A DNA stretch of 64,000 nt from Fistulifera solaris (Eukaryota): the NCBI GenBank assembly GCA_030295235.1, contig AP026162.1, positions 1,922,001 to 1,986,000 on the forward strand, in the 5' to 3' direction. Numbering within the stretch: position 1 is the first letter of the stretch; each line of letters begins with the position of its first letter. Below the pieces are notes generated by a model, which searched no databases, had not been told where the DNA came from, and saw only the letters and a list, made by a program, of their open reading frames with translations. A program made the translations under genes and the position numbers. This document shows, piece by piece, positions 11,233-23,049 of the stretch.

Positions 11233-11533
11233 GTTCAAGAAAAAGGGGTACGATCTGCAATAATACTTTCAAATCTATCTTTGATCATGACTTCGCGACA
11301 AAATTCTTAGAATAGTAATGCAACCATTCATTTTTTTTTTCAGAAAAGCGCGCGCCGCGAAAAAATAAATGCGTCTCTTCGACTCATGAATGCAATCCAG
11401 TCTTGATACACCCCAAGACTGTTTTATGGTCTTGTCGTGGTTTAACACAAGCTATGGTCATATGTCGTCTATTGCACGCTAATAAGAAGCTAAAGTAATG
11501 ATTTGTTGCCTTCGTAGATTGCTCTTTATCTTG

Positions 11534-12485
11534 CTATAGCAGATACTTATAGAAAGCACCATCGCCATTCTGTTTTTCAACACGTTCCACGATTTCCGAT
11601 CGATCCAGCCATGCGAAATCTGTTACCTTTTGTGTTCCAGTCTTCACTTTGCCCTCATCAAACTGAACTTTGATAAAGAATGTTTTGCTACCGTACTGCT
11701 GCTCCTTTTGCTGTTGTTCCGTAGGAAATGCCATCATTTCCACAGCCACTGGACAGTTGGAGGGGCACCAAAATTCCAGCTCTTCTCCCACTGCTTCCGG
11801 AATGGCTCTCTTGGCTGCATCTAGCAACATCTCATCGTCCTTTAACGCCACAGTGGGGAATTTCCATGTTGAATCTTCTTGCACAGTGAGATAGATGCTC
11901 GTCTTTAGCTTACGACCCGTCGTTCGAACATCACCGCTCTTATCGGCTTCTGTAATACGAGGCGCTGGAGTAAATCCTTTTACCTTTTCCAGATACTCTA
12001 AAATATCATCATTCCTCGTCAAGTGGGTTTCCTGGGCGGAATGCTCGGCAGCAGATGGGAAAAGCCCTTTCGGATAGTCCTTTCCGAACTGCTGCAATTG
12101 ATTTTGCAAATCCTCAAACTCCATTTCCCATTCCTCCCTGATCGGGAAGCACAACATTCAGTCGTTCGACAATAACAGCCACATGAATCTTCCAGCCCAA
12201 ACCAGCTTGACGGGCTTTGCGTTCCATGTACTCGTCGTTCACTTTCTTTTGAATGAACCACGAACGAAATTCATTCCGCTTCTCTCCGCGGGGTTTCGAA
12301 ACTCTTCGAGCTTTCACCTGTTCTTTGCGCTGCTGCGTCTGCTCATACAACTCCGTTCGACGTTGCTTCTGGGCCTTCTTTTGTTCCACCCAACGCGGTG
12401 CGTCCGCGGCAGCGAAATTGCGGACGAGCATCTTTCGTTGGGCCAAATTGGCATGCCTCGAAGCCGCAGCGATTACTGATCTCAT
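11534..12485 (-). CDS. MRPL46: Mitochondrial ribosomal protein mL46; frameshift near 12140
   Basis: Mitochondrial-type presequence MRSVIAAASRHANLAQRKMLVRNF. mL46 motifs AVIVERL, PAPRITEADKSGDVRTTGRKL, WKFP, and DFAWL (Nudix-like). Confidence 0.85.
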
Positions 12486-12861
12486 TTTCAATATAAAACA
12501 ATGAAAGAAATTTGGGAGGTGATGTTTCTTGGCAAGATACAAGATTATTGCTGTGTGTCTATGTTTTTTTTTTGTTGTTGTTGATGTGAAAGACGAGATG
12601 TGGATGTACCTGGTAGGCGGTCGGTGGACAGACCCTTTTAGTAACGAGGAACCGCGAACGAACCGCCAATGATAAGGCTAAGGGTATGAGTATAAGAGTC
12701 GGAACGGTACCCCGCTGTTATCAACGGAGCAGTCTGGTGCGGAACGGACGAGACTCGATGGCGCGACGCGACGATGATTTGATTTTCTTTCTTTGAAACG
12801 CGCAATAACCGGCATAGGGTGAAGAAGCCAGAGGTATTCAATCTGCTTATGCATTCTCAAC

Positions 12862-14056
12862 ATGTCTAGGCTACAGGAGCAGAGTTCTTCGTCGAGCGGC
12901 ATTGCTAGCAGCTCGGCAACGGCCGTTGATCAAGCAGAAAAGCTTTTGTGCAACGATCCTTCCAACGTGCGTTACACCTTTCCAATCAGTTTCTGCTCGA
13001 GAAGAGGGATGAGCATGCGCACGATCGAACATTTGATAGCTGTGATGATCTAATACGAATTGAAGTTGAATGTAGGAATGATTCTGTTCTTCCTTGGCAC
13101 CGAGTCGACGATGAGCTGCATGTTTACGAACTGAAGATTGATCTTACAGCAAATCCAGATTCTCAGAACCGTGCGATGGCTGTAGCACTACAAAGCTGGT
13201 TTGAAATATCACGGAATGTAGAAGATGATGGTAGTCAATATTTAGTGCCATTTAGCCGGGCGCTGACAGAATTTTCGGTGACAATGGACTTGCTTCTCAT
13301 TTTGCTAAGATTTTACGTTCAAATGGGACAGCCTGGATGGTCGATTCATGTGGCAACAGCGTGTTTATCTCAATGTCGATGCTCTCCACGTCTTCTTCGA
13401 AACAGAAAAGGCACGGCTTTAGAAGATTCTTTGAAAGAAATGTCCGATATGCTTTTATCAGAATTGCTTCCGTTCCATCCTAGTGTCATTCGCTCGGTGA
13501 TTGATCAACTGAATGGCGATAAGAAAGAGTACCAAACAGAACAAATGCCTCATAGCACCTGGAAAGTAACACCTGTGGCATTGCGAAAGGAAGCAATTGA
13601 AACGTTGATCGTTCTGATCGATCCTAAAGTATTTCTAAGACAACTAGGCGAGGCAGAATGGTTCAAAGCATCCGTGCTGGCAAATTATGAGCAATGGATA
13701 ACTCAGTTGACAGTATTCAAAAGGACGACGAAGATAAGGTGATAAGTTCAATTCTTGTGAAAGCTCGGAAGCATTTCGATCAGTCTTCGCTGACATCGCT
13801 ATCATCTCGATTCGAAACCAGGTATCTGCATCTACTAGAGCGACTAAAGAGGTTACTTGTCGAATTTCAAACTGCTTGGCAAAATGGAACCCTAAACAAT
13901 TACCAGCTTGCGGGAGCGGCAACAGCCTTTGGTTTGGCCGTTATGGCCTATCGCTATCATCGACAAAAGTTGCTAGCTCTTTTGCGTGCGGCGATCTACG
14001 AAGCTCTCGTACGCCCTGCCAAAGAAATTGTAGAAGCTCTCCAGCTTTCATCCTAA
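12862..14056 (+). CDS. Tail-anchored protein, candidate PEX26/APEM9-like peroxin; frameshifts near 12945 and 13700
   Basis: Three ORF pieces join into one protein: AVDQAEKLFVQRSFQRALHLSNQFL, AMAVALQSWFEISR, MDLLLILLRFYVQMGQP, then a C-terminal TM (LAGAATAFGLAVMAY) with a basic tail. Confidence 0.55.
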
Positions 14057-14283
14057 ATTCATTTATTCTAATTCATAAGACGAAGCAATCGTACAGTAGA
14101 GTTTTCCTGGTGTCGAGCGACAATTTTATCTTTCAATTTTTTTAAATTCTTGGTAGGTTTTTAATTGTTATTCGTTTTTGCCTTGCTTGTAAAATACTTC
14201 ACGCGAGTATTAAGAATGATAATAGAATGTAGTAATGGTGCAATGAGAAAATTCAACGCACAATCGTATCAAACACAATTATT

Positions 14284-14535
14284 TCAAGCCGACGCCATTT
14301 TCTTTTTCTGTTCCGTGCGGTCCAACCACGCAATGTATTCGCACTCTTCGTAGATATGGCGCTGATGAGTGCACTGCCCAGGATCAAAGAATGTTTCCCG
14401 GCGGCACGAGTTGAGCTTGACCAACAAATGGGCGCAGTTGTCACGAAACGCCACCGGAACGCGATGATCGGAAAGTGCCTTCAAGTCTTGATTCTTCTGC
14501 GGCGCAGCTTCGGGAGAATGACCGTGTCCACCCAT
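14284..14535 (-). CDS. NDUFB7: Complex I accessory subunit B18 (NDUFB7)
   Basis: VPVAFRDNCAHLLVKLNSCRRETFFDPGQCTHQRHIYEECEY twin CX9C pattern; N-terminal MG. Confidence 0.92.
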   Translation of the reverse strand: MGGHGHSPEAAPQKNQDLKALSDHRVPVAFRDNCAHLLVKLNSCRRETFFDPGQCTHQRHIYEECEYIAWLDRTEQKKKMASA

Positions 14536-15071
14536 TATTTCGGATTTTCTTCAATCTTTTTGCAGATGGTAAGGATAAGAAAAGACTTTCAATGCCAAGA
14601 ACTCTACATCAGCTCTTTGGATCATGAGAAAATGTCCGCTGCCGCTCGCAACGAGAGACCGCAACCCCAACGGACCTATCCGTCGTTCGATCTTGGCGAT
14701 GGCGCGGCGGGATGTGGGGGATGGGGGATGGGGATGAAGGCGGAGGAGGCGCGGAGTCGTCGGAGCAGTCTTGGCCACGAACCATAACGTACGTAGTAGA
14801 ATGTAAGAACGCCGGGCCGGTCTCGAGTACCGCTTAACATTACTTAGGTGCGTGGTGGGAGCGAATGCCGGATGGAGGAAGGACGAAAGCAAAGAGCTAA
14901 AGAGCTAAACAAGCAAAAACGCCGCACACCATAGACTAATAAATTGAGGAAAACGACAACGAAGAACGAAGATCTCAAAAAACAGCTGCTGCTGCTGCTG
15001 CTTGAATTGCCAAACAAATATATCGAACAGAGTCATCATTGTCAGCTGTTTAGCTTCACAGGTCACTTCAT

Positions 15072-16136
15072 ATGGACTTAATTAATACGCTTTATCAATC
15101 GTCGCTAGCTTCTGCCGCTCAGCGGAAAAAACGCCATGTTTATTCCGAAGCCCAAATCGTGAACCTGCTCGGTCGCTGTGATGAAGCCATCAAGTCGTTG
15201 TCGGGGACGTCCGCTCGCTACACTCAGGAAGAAGAGAACGCGCATCTACTCAATCAAGCCGAGGAACTTTGTAGCCGTGCGCACTTCGCCACAGAGCCAG
15301 ATTTGACCAGAGAACTCAAGTCGATCAAATCGAGCAATGTCAATGATACGCTGAACAATAAAGTCCCCACAACGACGGGAGGGCACAGCAATATTGATCA
15401 TCAAGTCCACTGGACGGGAGATTACGACACGGACAAGATCGCGGAGCTCAGTCGGCAGTTGATAGCTCGCGCTAGATACCAATCCGTTGAAACAATCCTC
15501 CCGGAGAATCGTTGGGATAAGAAGAAAATACCCGGTGAACGTCGGCGTCGTCTTATCAGAGATATCGGGGCTCCTCCGCTGCCTCCGCCTTCAGGCTATG
15601 TCCTTTTTCTCGGTCAGATGACTACAAAATGGCGCCATGATCGATCCAGTGAAGAGCATCGGCAATCCAGAGTGATTGCCGAAGTCAGTAAATTGTGGAA
15701 GCATGCACTCACTGAGGAAGAACGAACTTACTATAATCACTTTGCGGATGAAATTCGAGCCGAATACCGACAGCAATTGTTAGAGTATCGAGCGACGGGA
15801 TCATTTACTCCTAGTGAGCTCTTTGAGCGGCAAGAAAATGTCGGATTGTGGGTGCACAAAAAGTGAGCGAGAAGACCGAGCTGGAATTGGAAATTTCGCA
15901 ATACGCGTCATTGAACTTTCCGCCGAGACCGCCTGAATTGGATGAAGAATACAAACGCCGATTTCAAGAGAGTGTGGAGCGAAGAAAGAAGAAAAATCAA
16001 GCAGGAGCGGGAAAAGAAGTACAAGATAATGGAGGAACAGGGAATTCAAGTTAGACGAAGAACCGTCAAGAAGAAGAAAAATGTTGACAACGAGAAAGAT
16101 AGTGCGATTGAGGAGAAATCAGCCGACGGTGAGTAG
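15072..16136 (+). CDS. HMG-box protein; frameshifts near 15860 and 15995
   Basis: APPLPPPSGYVLFL...VIAEVSKLWKHALTEEERTYYNHFADEIRAEY HMG box. Downstream ORF pieces join at A-runs. Confidence 0.8.
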
Positions 16137-16164
16137 GGCAAAATAAGCATTATAGGAGTAAATT

Positions 16165-17007
16165 TTAGAACACAACGTCCGCATCATCATTAGCATCAAA
16201 TTGAGCAGTAATGTCTTCTTCGTTCTCTTTTCCGGTAGCAGGGCCCTTCCCTTCCTTTTTCAGTTTCTCCAACTCTTTTCTGCGACTTCTTTCTTTCCTT
16301 GGACAAGCTTCAATCTCGTAAAGTCCTCACGTTCCAATTCATCCAATTCACGGCCAATATATCCTAGTACTCCTTCAATACGAGGAATGGTCACGTTCTC
16401 CAGCGCATTCACACGGCGGTTCGTTACTTTCAATGCCTCATCTAGAGTCATGAAACTGGTCTGCAGAGATGCCAGCTTCAGCAACATATCTAGCAAAACA
16501 GTGAACTTTTCACGCACTTGTTGAATTTTCTTCCCTCCTCCCACAAGTCCCAAACTTTGATTGTCTGCAGCAGCTCCGGTTTCGTACTTTGTAAAAACGG
16601 GAAGTTTCACACCCGCCACATTGTCGACACCTGCTCCGACTCGAACCCGGGCTGTCATGGATCCATCCGCGGCCAACTTTTGCTTGAAATTGCCAGCTGC
16701 GTATTCCGCCTGTGTCAGTGAGAAATAGGCAGCTGATGCGTCGGTCGACATATTGCTCTTTGTTTCAGCGATCATTTTCGCATAATCTCGAAATTTAACC
16801 TGAAATAAACGCATTTTGAGCAAGAGATACGAAATCAAACATGTATCTCGTCTAATTCAGAAGGACCATATTTTACGCTGCTCGTCAAATCATCCTTACC
16901 TTGAGCGCGTCAGCTTTCTTCTTGAGAAGTTTGTGGCCACCTTGGGCTGCCTTTAACTTCCCTTTGAAGATTTGCTGGTTCATACGAGTCGGAGGAACTT
17001 CCGACAT
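16165..17007 (-). CDS. VMA8: V-type ATPase subunit D; intron 16800-16899, frameshift near 16275
   Basis: Exon 1 MSEVPPTRMNQQIFKGKLKAAQGGHKLLKKKADALK; DNVAGVKLP, TNRRVNALE, ELDELEREDFTRLK; restored C-terminus ...DDADVVF*. Confidence 0.95.
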
Positions 17008-17503
17008 GTTTAATTAGGTTCTTGTAATAGGTCAATGTAACTTGTACGACAATCTCTTTGTTGCGATGATCTTTCGCACCGGAAGTTTTATCACGACGAC
17101 AACAACGGCCGAAGCGATCGCAAAACGAAAAGGGGGGAGCGAAATCGCCGTTGGAAAGTCCGTTCAGTCCACCCGGCGCTCACTTGCCTTGATAGTCATT
17201 TTCTAGTATGGCGTATGTTGTAGTATGTCTTCGCCGAATGTCATCCCTACTTTTTCACGCAGAGAAAATTATGTACAGTACCGGTATGACTTGAGGCGAC
17301 TGACGCATGGAGATGGAGATCGCGTTGAAACGGATTGAAAAAGCAAGGGGAAATCACGTGATGCGAAGACAATAAATGCGATGCAGGATAACAGAAACAA
17401 GAACAACTGTACCAGGTACTTGGTATAGGCGTCTTTGTGCGCGACTATAGTTGACTTTCAATACAATCTGGTTGAGATTATCAAGCTGCTTGACACGAGC
17501 GAA

Positions 17504-18322
17504 ATGCATCATATTCGTGAAGCGAGAGCATGGTTGTGCTTTTTCCTGCTCCTCGGTTGCAGTTGCGTGTCGATTGGTGCCTTCCAGCCCGGATCACACC
17601 GTCGATCGCCTACTCTGTCTCATGCATGCCGTAGAAACTCATGCTTGCAAGTTGAATATTCTTCGCTGAACACTGCGGCCGTTGAATACTTCGACGGATC
17701 CAACATCGTGGATGGTGCCGTTGTTTCTCATGCGTTCTGGAACGGTCTGCAATCGAGAATGGTCTCTTTCGCACTCGGAAACATGTTTGCTGTAGTTGCA
17801 TTTTCAATATTTACATCCCTTGCCGCGCCAAGTATAACGAAAGCAGGAGAGTGGGTCTCACAGAAATTTTCATCGAACGAAGACGCAATATTGCAAGTAC
17901 AACGCAAGTCAGAACGACCACGAGAACGTCAATACTACAATGTGCCACCTCCTGACTTTTCAAAGCTTCTCATATGCGTCGCCATTGATATTCTTGGAAG
18001 CTCGAACGAGCTAGTACCTGTCGTAGGCGAAGTTGTTGATTTAATTTGGGCGCCTCTCGCGGCAACCCTTCTGCGATCCTTGTTCGGTGGGAGCAACGTT
18101 ATATTAATTTTAGAGCTAGCCGAAGAAATTCTGCCGTTCACCGATGTGCTTCCGCTGGCCACCATTTGCTGGGTAGTCGATACGTTCCTCGTAGATTCGG
18201 AGCTTGCCAAACTGCTGCAGCTTGGAATATACCGCTCGGATGCAAAGCTCATGACAGATGATGAGCAGGTAATTGATGTAGCTTCTTCAAAGAGTAGTGA
18301 TCCATCAAATAAAGTAAAATAA
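17504..18322 (+). CDS. Probable plastid-targeted membrane protein of unknown function
   Basis: Signal peptide ending SIGA-FQP (ASAFAP-like). C-terminal domain IDILGSSNELVPVVGEVVDLIWAP...EEILPFTDVLPLATICW. Confidence 0.7.
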   Translation: MHHIREARAWLCFFLLLGCSCVSIGAFQPGSHRRSPTLSHACRRNSCLQVEYSSLNTAAVEYFDGSNIVDGAVVSHAFWNGLQSRMVSFALGNMFAVVAFSIFTSLAAPSITKAGEWVSQKFSSNEDAILQVQRKSERPRERQYYNVPPPDFSKLLICVAIDILGSSNELVPVVGEVVDLIWAPLAATLLRSLFGGSNVILILELAEEILPFTDVLPLATICWVVDTFLVDSELAKLLQLGIYRSDAKLMTDDEQVIDVASSKSSDPSNKVK

Positions 18323-18574
18323 AGTAGATAAACAAAGATAGTACAGTAAAAAATGAAATGATACTCTCATATTGTAAGCGAGTTCGCAGTGCTACATCGT
18401 CGTTCATTTCGCCATATTTATCAGAGCCAAAAGAACTGCTAGCCTAGACCGTTCTTTATCGCAATGGAATCTCCTTCAGTTGAATGTTGAGAGATTAAGA
18501 TCTTGCGACTAAAGAACATCCTTACTGCGGCGCGTTGTTTGTGTTGCCAAAGTACTGTAGCCTAAATAGTACGG

Positions 18575-18616
18575 AGTATACGACTTTTTTCACGACTGCA
18601 TTTCAGTCATGAATCA
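18575..18616. promoter_or_regulatory. Palindromic upstream element TCACGACTG-N5-CAGTCATGA (best copy of a recurrent motif)
   Basis: 9-bp imperfect inverted repeat ~150 bp upstream of the BRX1 ATG; related copies at 7589, 7809, 8023, 11384, 49567 and 50201. Confidence 0.55.
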
Positions 18617-18768
18617 CGTCTTAGTACGCCGTACAGACTGAGTCAATGAGGACCAGCGTTTATATTTTGGATTTTTCCTCGAAGTTTTTGACACAAAATT
18701 CCCTCCGCTCGCATATGTTCTTTACACCCAACGAACTAGACCTCTTATATTTAAAACCAAGTTAACCA

Positions 18769-19937
18769 ATGGCAAAAGGTAACAAGAGACGCAAAGTTGC
18801 TGAAGGAGAGGAAAAGCCCAAGGCCGTCGTCGAGAGCGAGGAAAACGAGCTTTCCGAGAGTGAAGAAGAACCGTCAAAACCAGCCGCCATCGCGACTGAG
18901 CCATTTATTAGTGATGGACGATATCGAAACAAACAGCGTTGTCTTGTCCTGTGTTCCCGGGGTGTAACTGCTCGTTATCGTCATCTTCTTGAGGACTTAC
19001 GAACACTAATGCCACATCACAAGAAGGAATCCAAATTGGACTCAGGGAAAGAGGGCATCGGCCGCGCCGTCAACGACATTGCAGAGATGCGTGGTTGCAA
19101 GAGTGTCGTGCTTATTGAGTGCCGAAAGAGACAAGATGCTTATATGTGGCTAGGACGAGTCGGCGGGGGCTCGCCTGGTCCAACAGCGCGTTTTCATGTC
19201 ACCAACATTCACACGATGGACGAGCTTCGACTGACAGGCAATTGCATGAAGGGTAGCCGGCCTTTCCTCACGTTCGATGAAAGTTTTAATCGCATCAGCC
19301 ACCTCAAGTTACTGAAAGAAATTTTCATTGACACCTTTGGTGTTCCGCGGGGGCATCCCAAAAGCAAACCGTTCGTGGACCGTATCATGTCATTCTACTA
19401 CGCTGACAATCGAGTAAGTTGCTGTTTTGCATCGTGCCTTGTTGAAATTGCCATTGATTACAAAAATGATGAGCGTATGTCGGACCGCAGTAGTGGAATG
19501 AGAACAACCTTCATTATTAGACTACGATGGAATGAGGCTTAATTTCTCAAGTGTGGTATCGCAACGCTTTCTGTGCTTGACTAACATGTCTTTCGTTTTA
19601 GATCTGGGTTCGTAACTATCAGATACTTGATCAGGTACCTGCGACTGCGCTTGAAGCTCATCAAGCAAAGAAACAGTATGGCCAAACCGAAACGACATCT
19701 TTGGTCGAAATCGGTCCTCGGTTTGTTTTGGAACCCATCAGAATCTTCCGAGGTTCTTTCGGTGGCCAGTCCCTGTACCAAAACGATCATTTTATTTCTC
19801 CTAATGAGATCAGAGCGCAAGAAAAGCGAATGAAAGGCAGAGAGTACGAAGATCGAAAAGATTCTCAGACGAAACGCCAGGAAAGAAAATCACAGATCGT
19901 GGTCCCAGAGGATCCTCTTGCTTCTGTTTTCCGTTAA
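18769..19937 (+). CDS. BRX1: Ribosome biogenesis protein BRX1 (Brix domain); intron 19414-19601
   Basis: NKQRCLVLCSRG, RHLLEDL, GPTARFHVTNIHTMDELRLTGNCMKGSRP, HPKSKPFVD, IWVRNYQI, LVEIGPRFVL. The splice joins in frame. Confidence 0.96.
19460..19540 (+). ncRNA. Candidate intronic box C/D snoRNA (18S rRNA methylation guide)
   Basis: Box C ATGATGA at 19466-19472. 12-nt guide AGACTACGATGG at 19519-19530, complementary to 18S CCATCGTAGTCT. Variant box D ATGA at 19532-19535. Flanking GAAATTGCC / GGC(TT)AATTTC stem. Confidence 0.7.
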
Positions 19938-20055
19938 AAAAGACACCTGAGATTTCACTCATTATAGTTTAATGCAAATTAAACGATTGACAACTACTCC
20001 ATTGCCCTCTTGTACCATAGAAGTTCGAAGATCGTAAGGTTAGACCCAATGTTAT

Positions 20056-22269
20056 TTATCTAAGGGAATTTTCACTATTGAGATCGGCCACTATGTCAGT
20101 AATGGATTTTCCAGTCGTATTGTCGCTGTCGATGTGAAGGACTGAACTCAAAGTATCTTTCGCATTCTTACTACTTTTGATAAGCACTGAAAGAGAAGGC
20201 TCTCCATCGTTTGGTCCGGCCATAAAGACAAATCTGCAAAGCAGGAACGTTAGATATTGGCGTGATTTATGTTCCTTTGCTTGCAAATGGGATCTTACCT
20301 TGAATCGGAGTTGATTGCCTTTGCGGATGTGACTCTCGCCGTACCACCTTTGACAAGATAACTTTTCTTACCAAGTGCATCGACGAAGAAAACTCTTTGC
20401 CATTTGAGATGGTGTATCAAGCTCATCTCTTTGCACTGTCGAAGTCGATCACAAGAACCGGCTTTTGCCATTCTGATTGTGAAGAAGACTGAGAAATTAC
20501 GGCGACACCTTTCCCATCGCAAACAATGGTAGCGTCTCCCGCTTTAAGCGCATCAAATGTTGTTATGATAACCGAATACGAAGCCAGTTTTGCGATGGCA
20601 ATATTTGGTGAAATACGCTCAGATCGTGGCATCTCTGGATGATTCAGGACCGAAAGAGAGCTTCCCTCACGCAGTGCTCTGCACCATGTCTCAACATCCT
20701 CCTTCGCTCTCAATACAATCAGTGTTTCTCCGACCTTGTCTCTTTGAGATCCTTCGTTCGGACAATAATCACTAAGAATATTCAAAATGACATCGATGAT
20801 TTGCTGCTCGGAGAGCGAAAGAATAAGACCCTTTCCATGTAGTTGTGTGTCCTGCTTGCGGATCCATTTCACAAGTCGCAGAAGTTTTTGTTTCGTACTA
20901 TTTCTGTATCCATCGAAGGAATTTGGTATCGACTGCGTTAAGCATCGCCCTTTGCCTTTCTTTTCGAAATTTACTTGAAGAGGCTTGTACTGCATATTCT
21001 TTCCTTCCTTCAGTGATGGATTCAAAGAAATTTCCCGTAAGACTCTTTTCCCTCGATTCAATGTAGTCTTTTGCGAGGAAAGTTCTCTGAGAGACTCGTC
21101 GAGAGGTTCGTCGTCAGAATCGTTATCATGCAGAAAGGGAGAGGATGCAGTTGACAAATTCAACAAGATCGACGAGTGTTGTGACATTGGAGAGTCAGAG
21201 TTGAGAAAGTTGTTTCCGTCGCTCAACGAAAGCTCATGGAACGAAGCTGCCGCGATTTCAGAAGGCTGATCGTACATATTCAATTCGCCAAAGATTTCGG
21301 AAGGCCGTCCGTGTCGGGTCCTAGCTACATCTGCACCTTTCTTTCCACTGGACGTTGCTGTTCGCTTCTGTCCGTGGTAAACTAAAACCGGGGACTCGAA
21401 TGGAGCTTTTGATCTTGCAATTTCGATAGGTGGACTTTCCGTTTCGCTTCGGATGGAGCCACAATCGTTTTTATCAGGGGGAGATTTCGTCAAGGAAGGC
21501 CGTGTTGCTGAATGCATAGGATAGGACTTAGATGGATGATCGTTGTGGAGTAGATTGGGAGACAGTTTTTCGGGACTCTTTGTTGGATCATGCGTTTCAT
21601 CCAAATCGTGCAGGCTGTCATCCACAATCGGTCGAAGAATGGAAGCCACACTCATATCGTCTGTGAAGCTGCTGTGTGGCACGTCTTGAATGTTTAAGCG
21701 CTTTAGCAGTCCCAAGACAAAGATTCTTTCCGTATCTTTGCTCGCTTCATCCATATCCTGATAATTAGGATACTTCCCATCCCGATTGTAATTGCCGATT
21801 GCTTTCTGCACGAAGTCATGATATGTCGTCATGTACTCTCGTTCATTAGGTCCCGGTTGCCTGGTACGCATTCGCGGCTGCTTGCGACTAGGGAGTATTG
21901 AAGAGGGTGCTTTTTCTTTGGAATCCTTGAGTATTCGGAAAGACGGTGTGCTTTTAGAACCCCTTGTACGCTCTGTTTCGCTCTCTCCCACTAGAGGCGG
22001 TGACGACGATGCTGGTGTTTTCTGCTTGCGGTCTCCAATACGTTGATTTCGAAGACTTTCCAATTCTTGCAAGGCGTCAAGAAGCAACGACCCCGAGAGA
22101 GTACTGTCATTCAGCGATAGATCATTGTTTCCTTCGAGACTTCCGCGTCGCTCCTCGCTCTGATGCGAGACAAACTCTTTGAAACCCAATTGATATCGGC
22201 AGTCCGCGCCGTCGAAGCTGCGCTCTCCTTTATGAAACTGTCTGCATCGACGTATATTTTAGTAGGCAT
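20056..22269 (-). CDS. Hypothetical protein: long disordered N-terminus and a degenerate SNF2-type ATPase lobe; intron 20234-20298, frameshifts near 22190 and 20450
   Basis: ETLIVLRAKEDVETWCRAL, LSVLNH, YSVIITTFDAL and SLIHHLKWQRVFFVD resemble SNF2/RAD5-16 motifs Ia-II. Confidence 0.6.
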
Positions 22270-22658
22270 GATTATGAAGTTCGTTTGAATGCTCTATAAG
22301 AGATGTTTTCTTTCAAGTGATGCATTTGTGCGTTGTCGCAAAACGCGAGTGCGTGAGTTGTTGTTCTTGAGAAAAAGAGCTGAGTACCGCGAAGACAAAG
22401 TCATGGCTATGTAAAGCTTCCTATTCGTATACAAATATAAATTAAACTAGCTCTATCAAAGCAATCCATATAACGGTACCGTTAAGCTCCGGCGTCATCG
22501 GCATGCATCAGTAAACTCGTACTCTAATGCAGTTTATTTACAACGCTTGAAAAAGGTTTTATTTCGCGTGCTGCTTCATTGCAAAAGTAACAAAAACAAT
22601 AATCAGTCACCAAATTCTTCTTGCCTCTTTCAAACACTTTGTTTTGGTTAAATCACAA

Positions 22659-23049
22659 ATGGGACTGTTCACTACTCTTTTCGGTGGAAGCCTTGGCTTT
22701 GCTGCTCAGGCTTATTCGAATTCGATCCGTAAGGTGCCAATTTCACGTCGTAAGTTGTTCGTCGGTCACACGTCCACCATCACAAACGCTTCTTTAAATC
22801 TAATCCTGTATTATTCTTTTTTCGTTCTTGTAACCATTAGAACCGTGGAATCATCTCGGTATGTTCATTCTTGGATGCTACGCGGGAGCGAAATACCCCA
22901 AGTGGGAAGAAACGCTGGTGAATGATATTAATGCGATGCGCAGTGAGAGAGGATTGTCGCCGATGGTGGGAAGCAACAAATGGATCAAATATTCTCTTCC
23001 CGAGGAGGAACCTGGACAAATTGTCGAGACTAGTGAGACTTCGCCGTAA
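22659..23049 (+). CDS. Complex I accessory subunit B14.5b-like (NDUFC2); intron 22750-22840
   Basis: GGSLGFAAQAYSNSIRKVPISR-QPWNHLGMFILGCYAG after splicing GTAAGT...TTAG; resembles plant/fungal B14.5b. Confidence 0.75.

Noticed and set aside
15855..15870. Programmed frameshifting or Sec/readthrough at in-frame TGA codons (also at 52180)
   Set aside because: The coding sequence continues in another frame right after an A-run. The same pattern occurs in many unrelated genes, consistent with sequencing indels, and no SECIS was seen.
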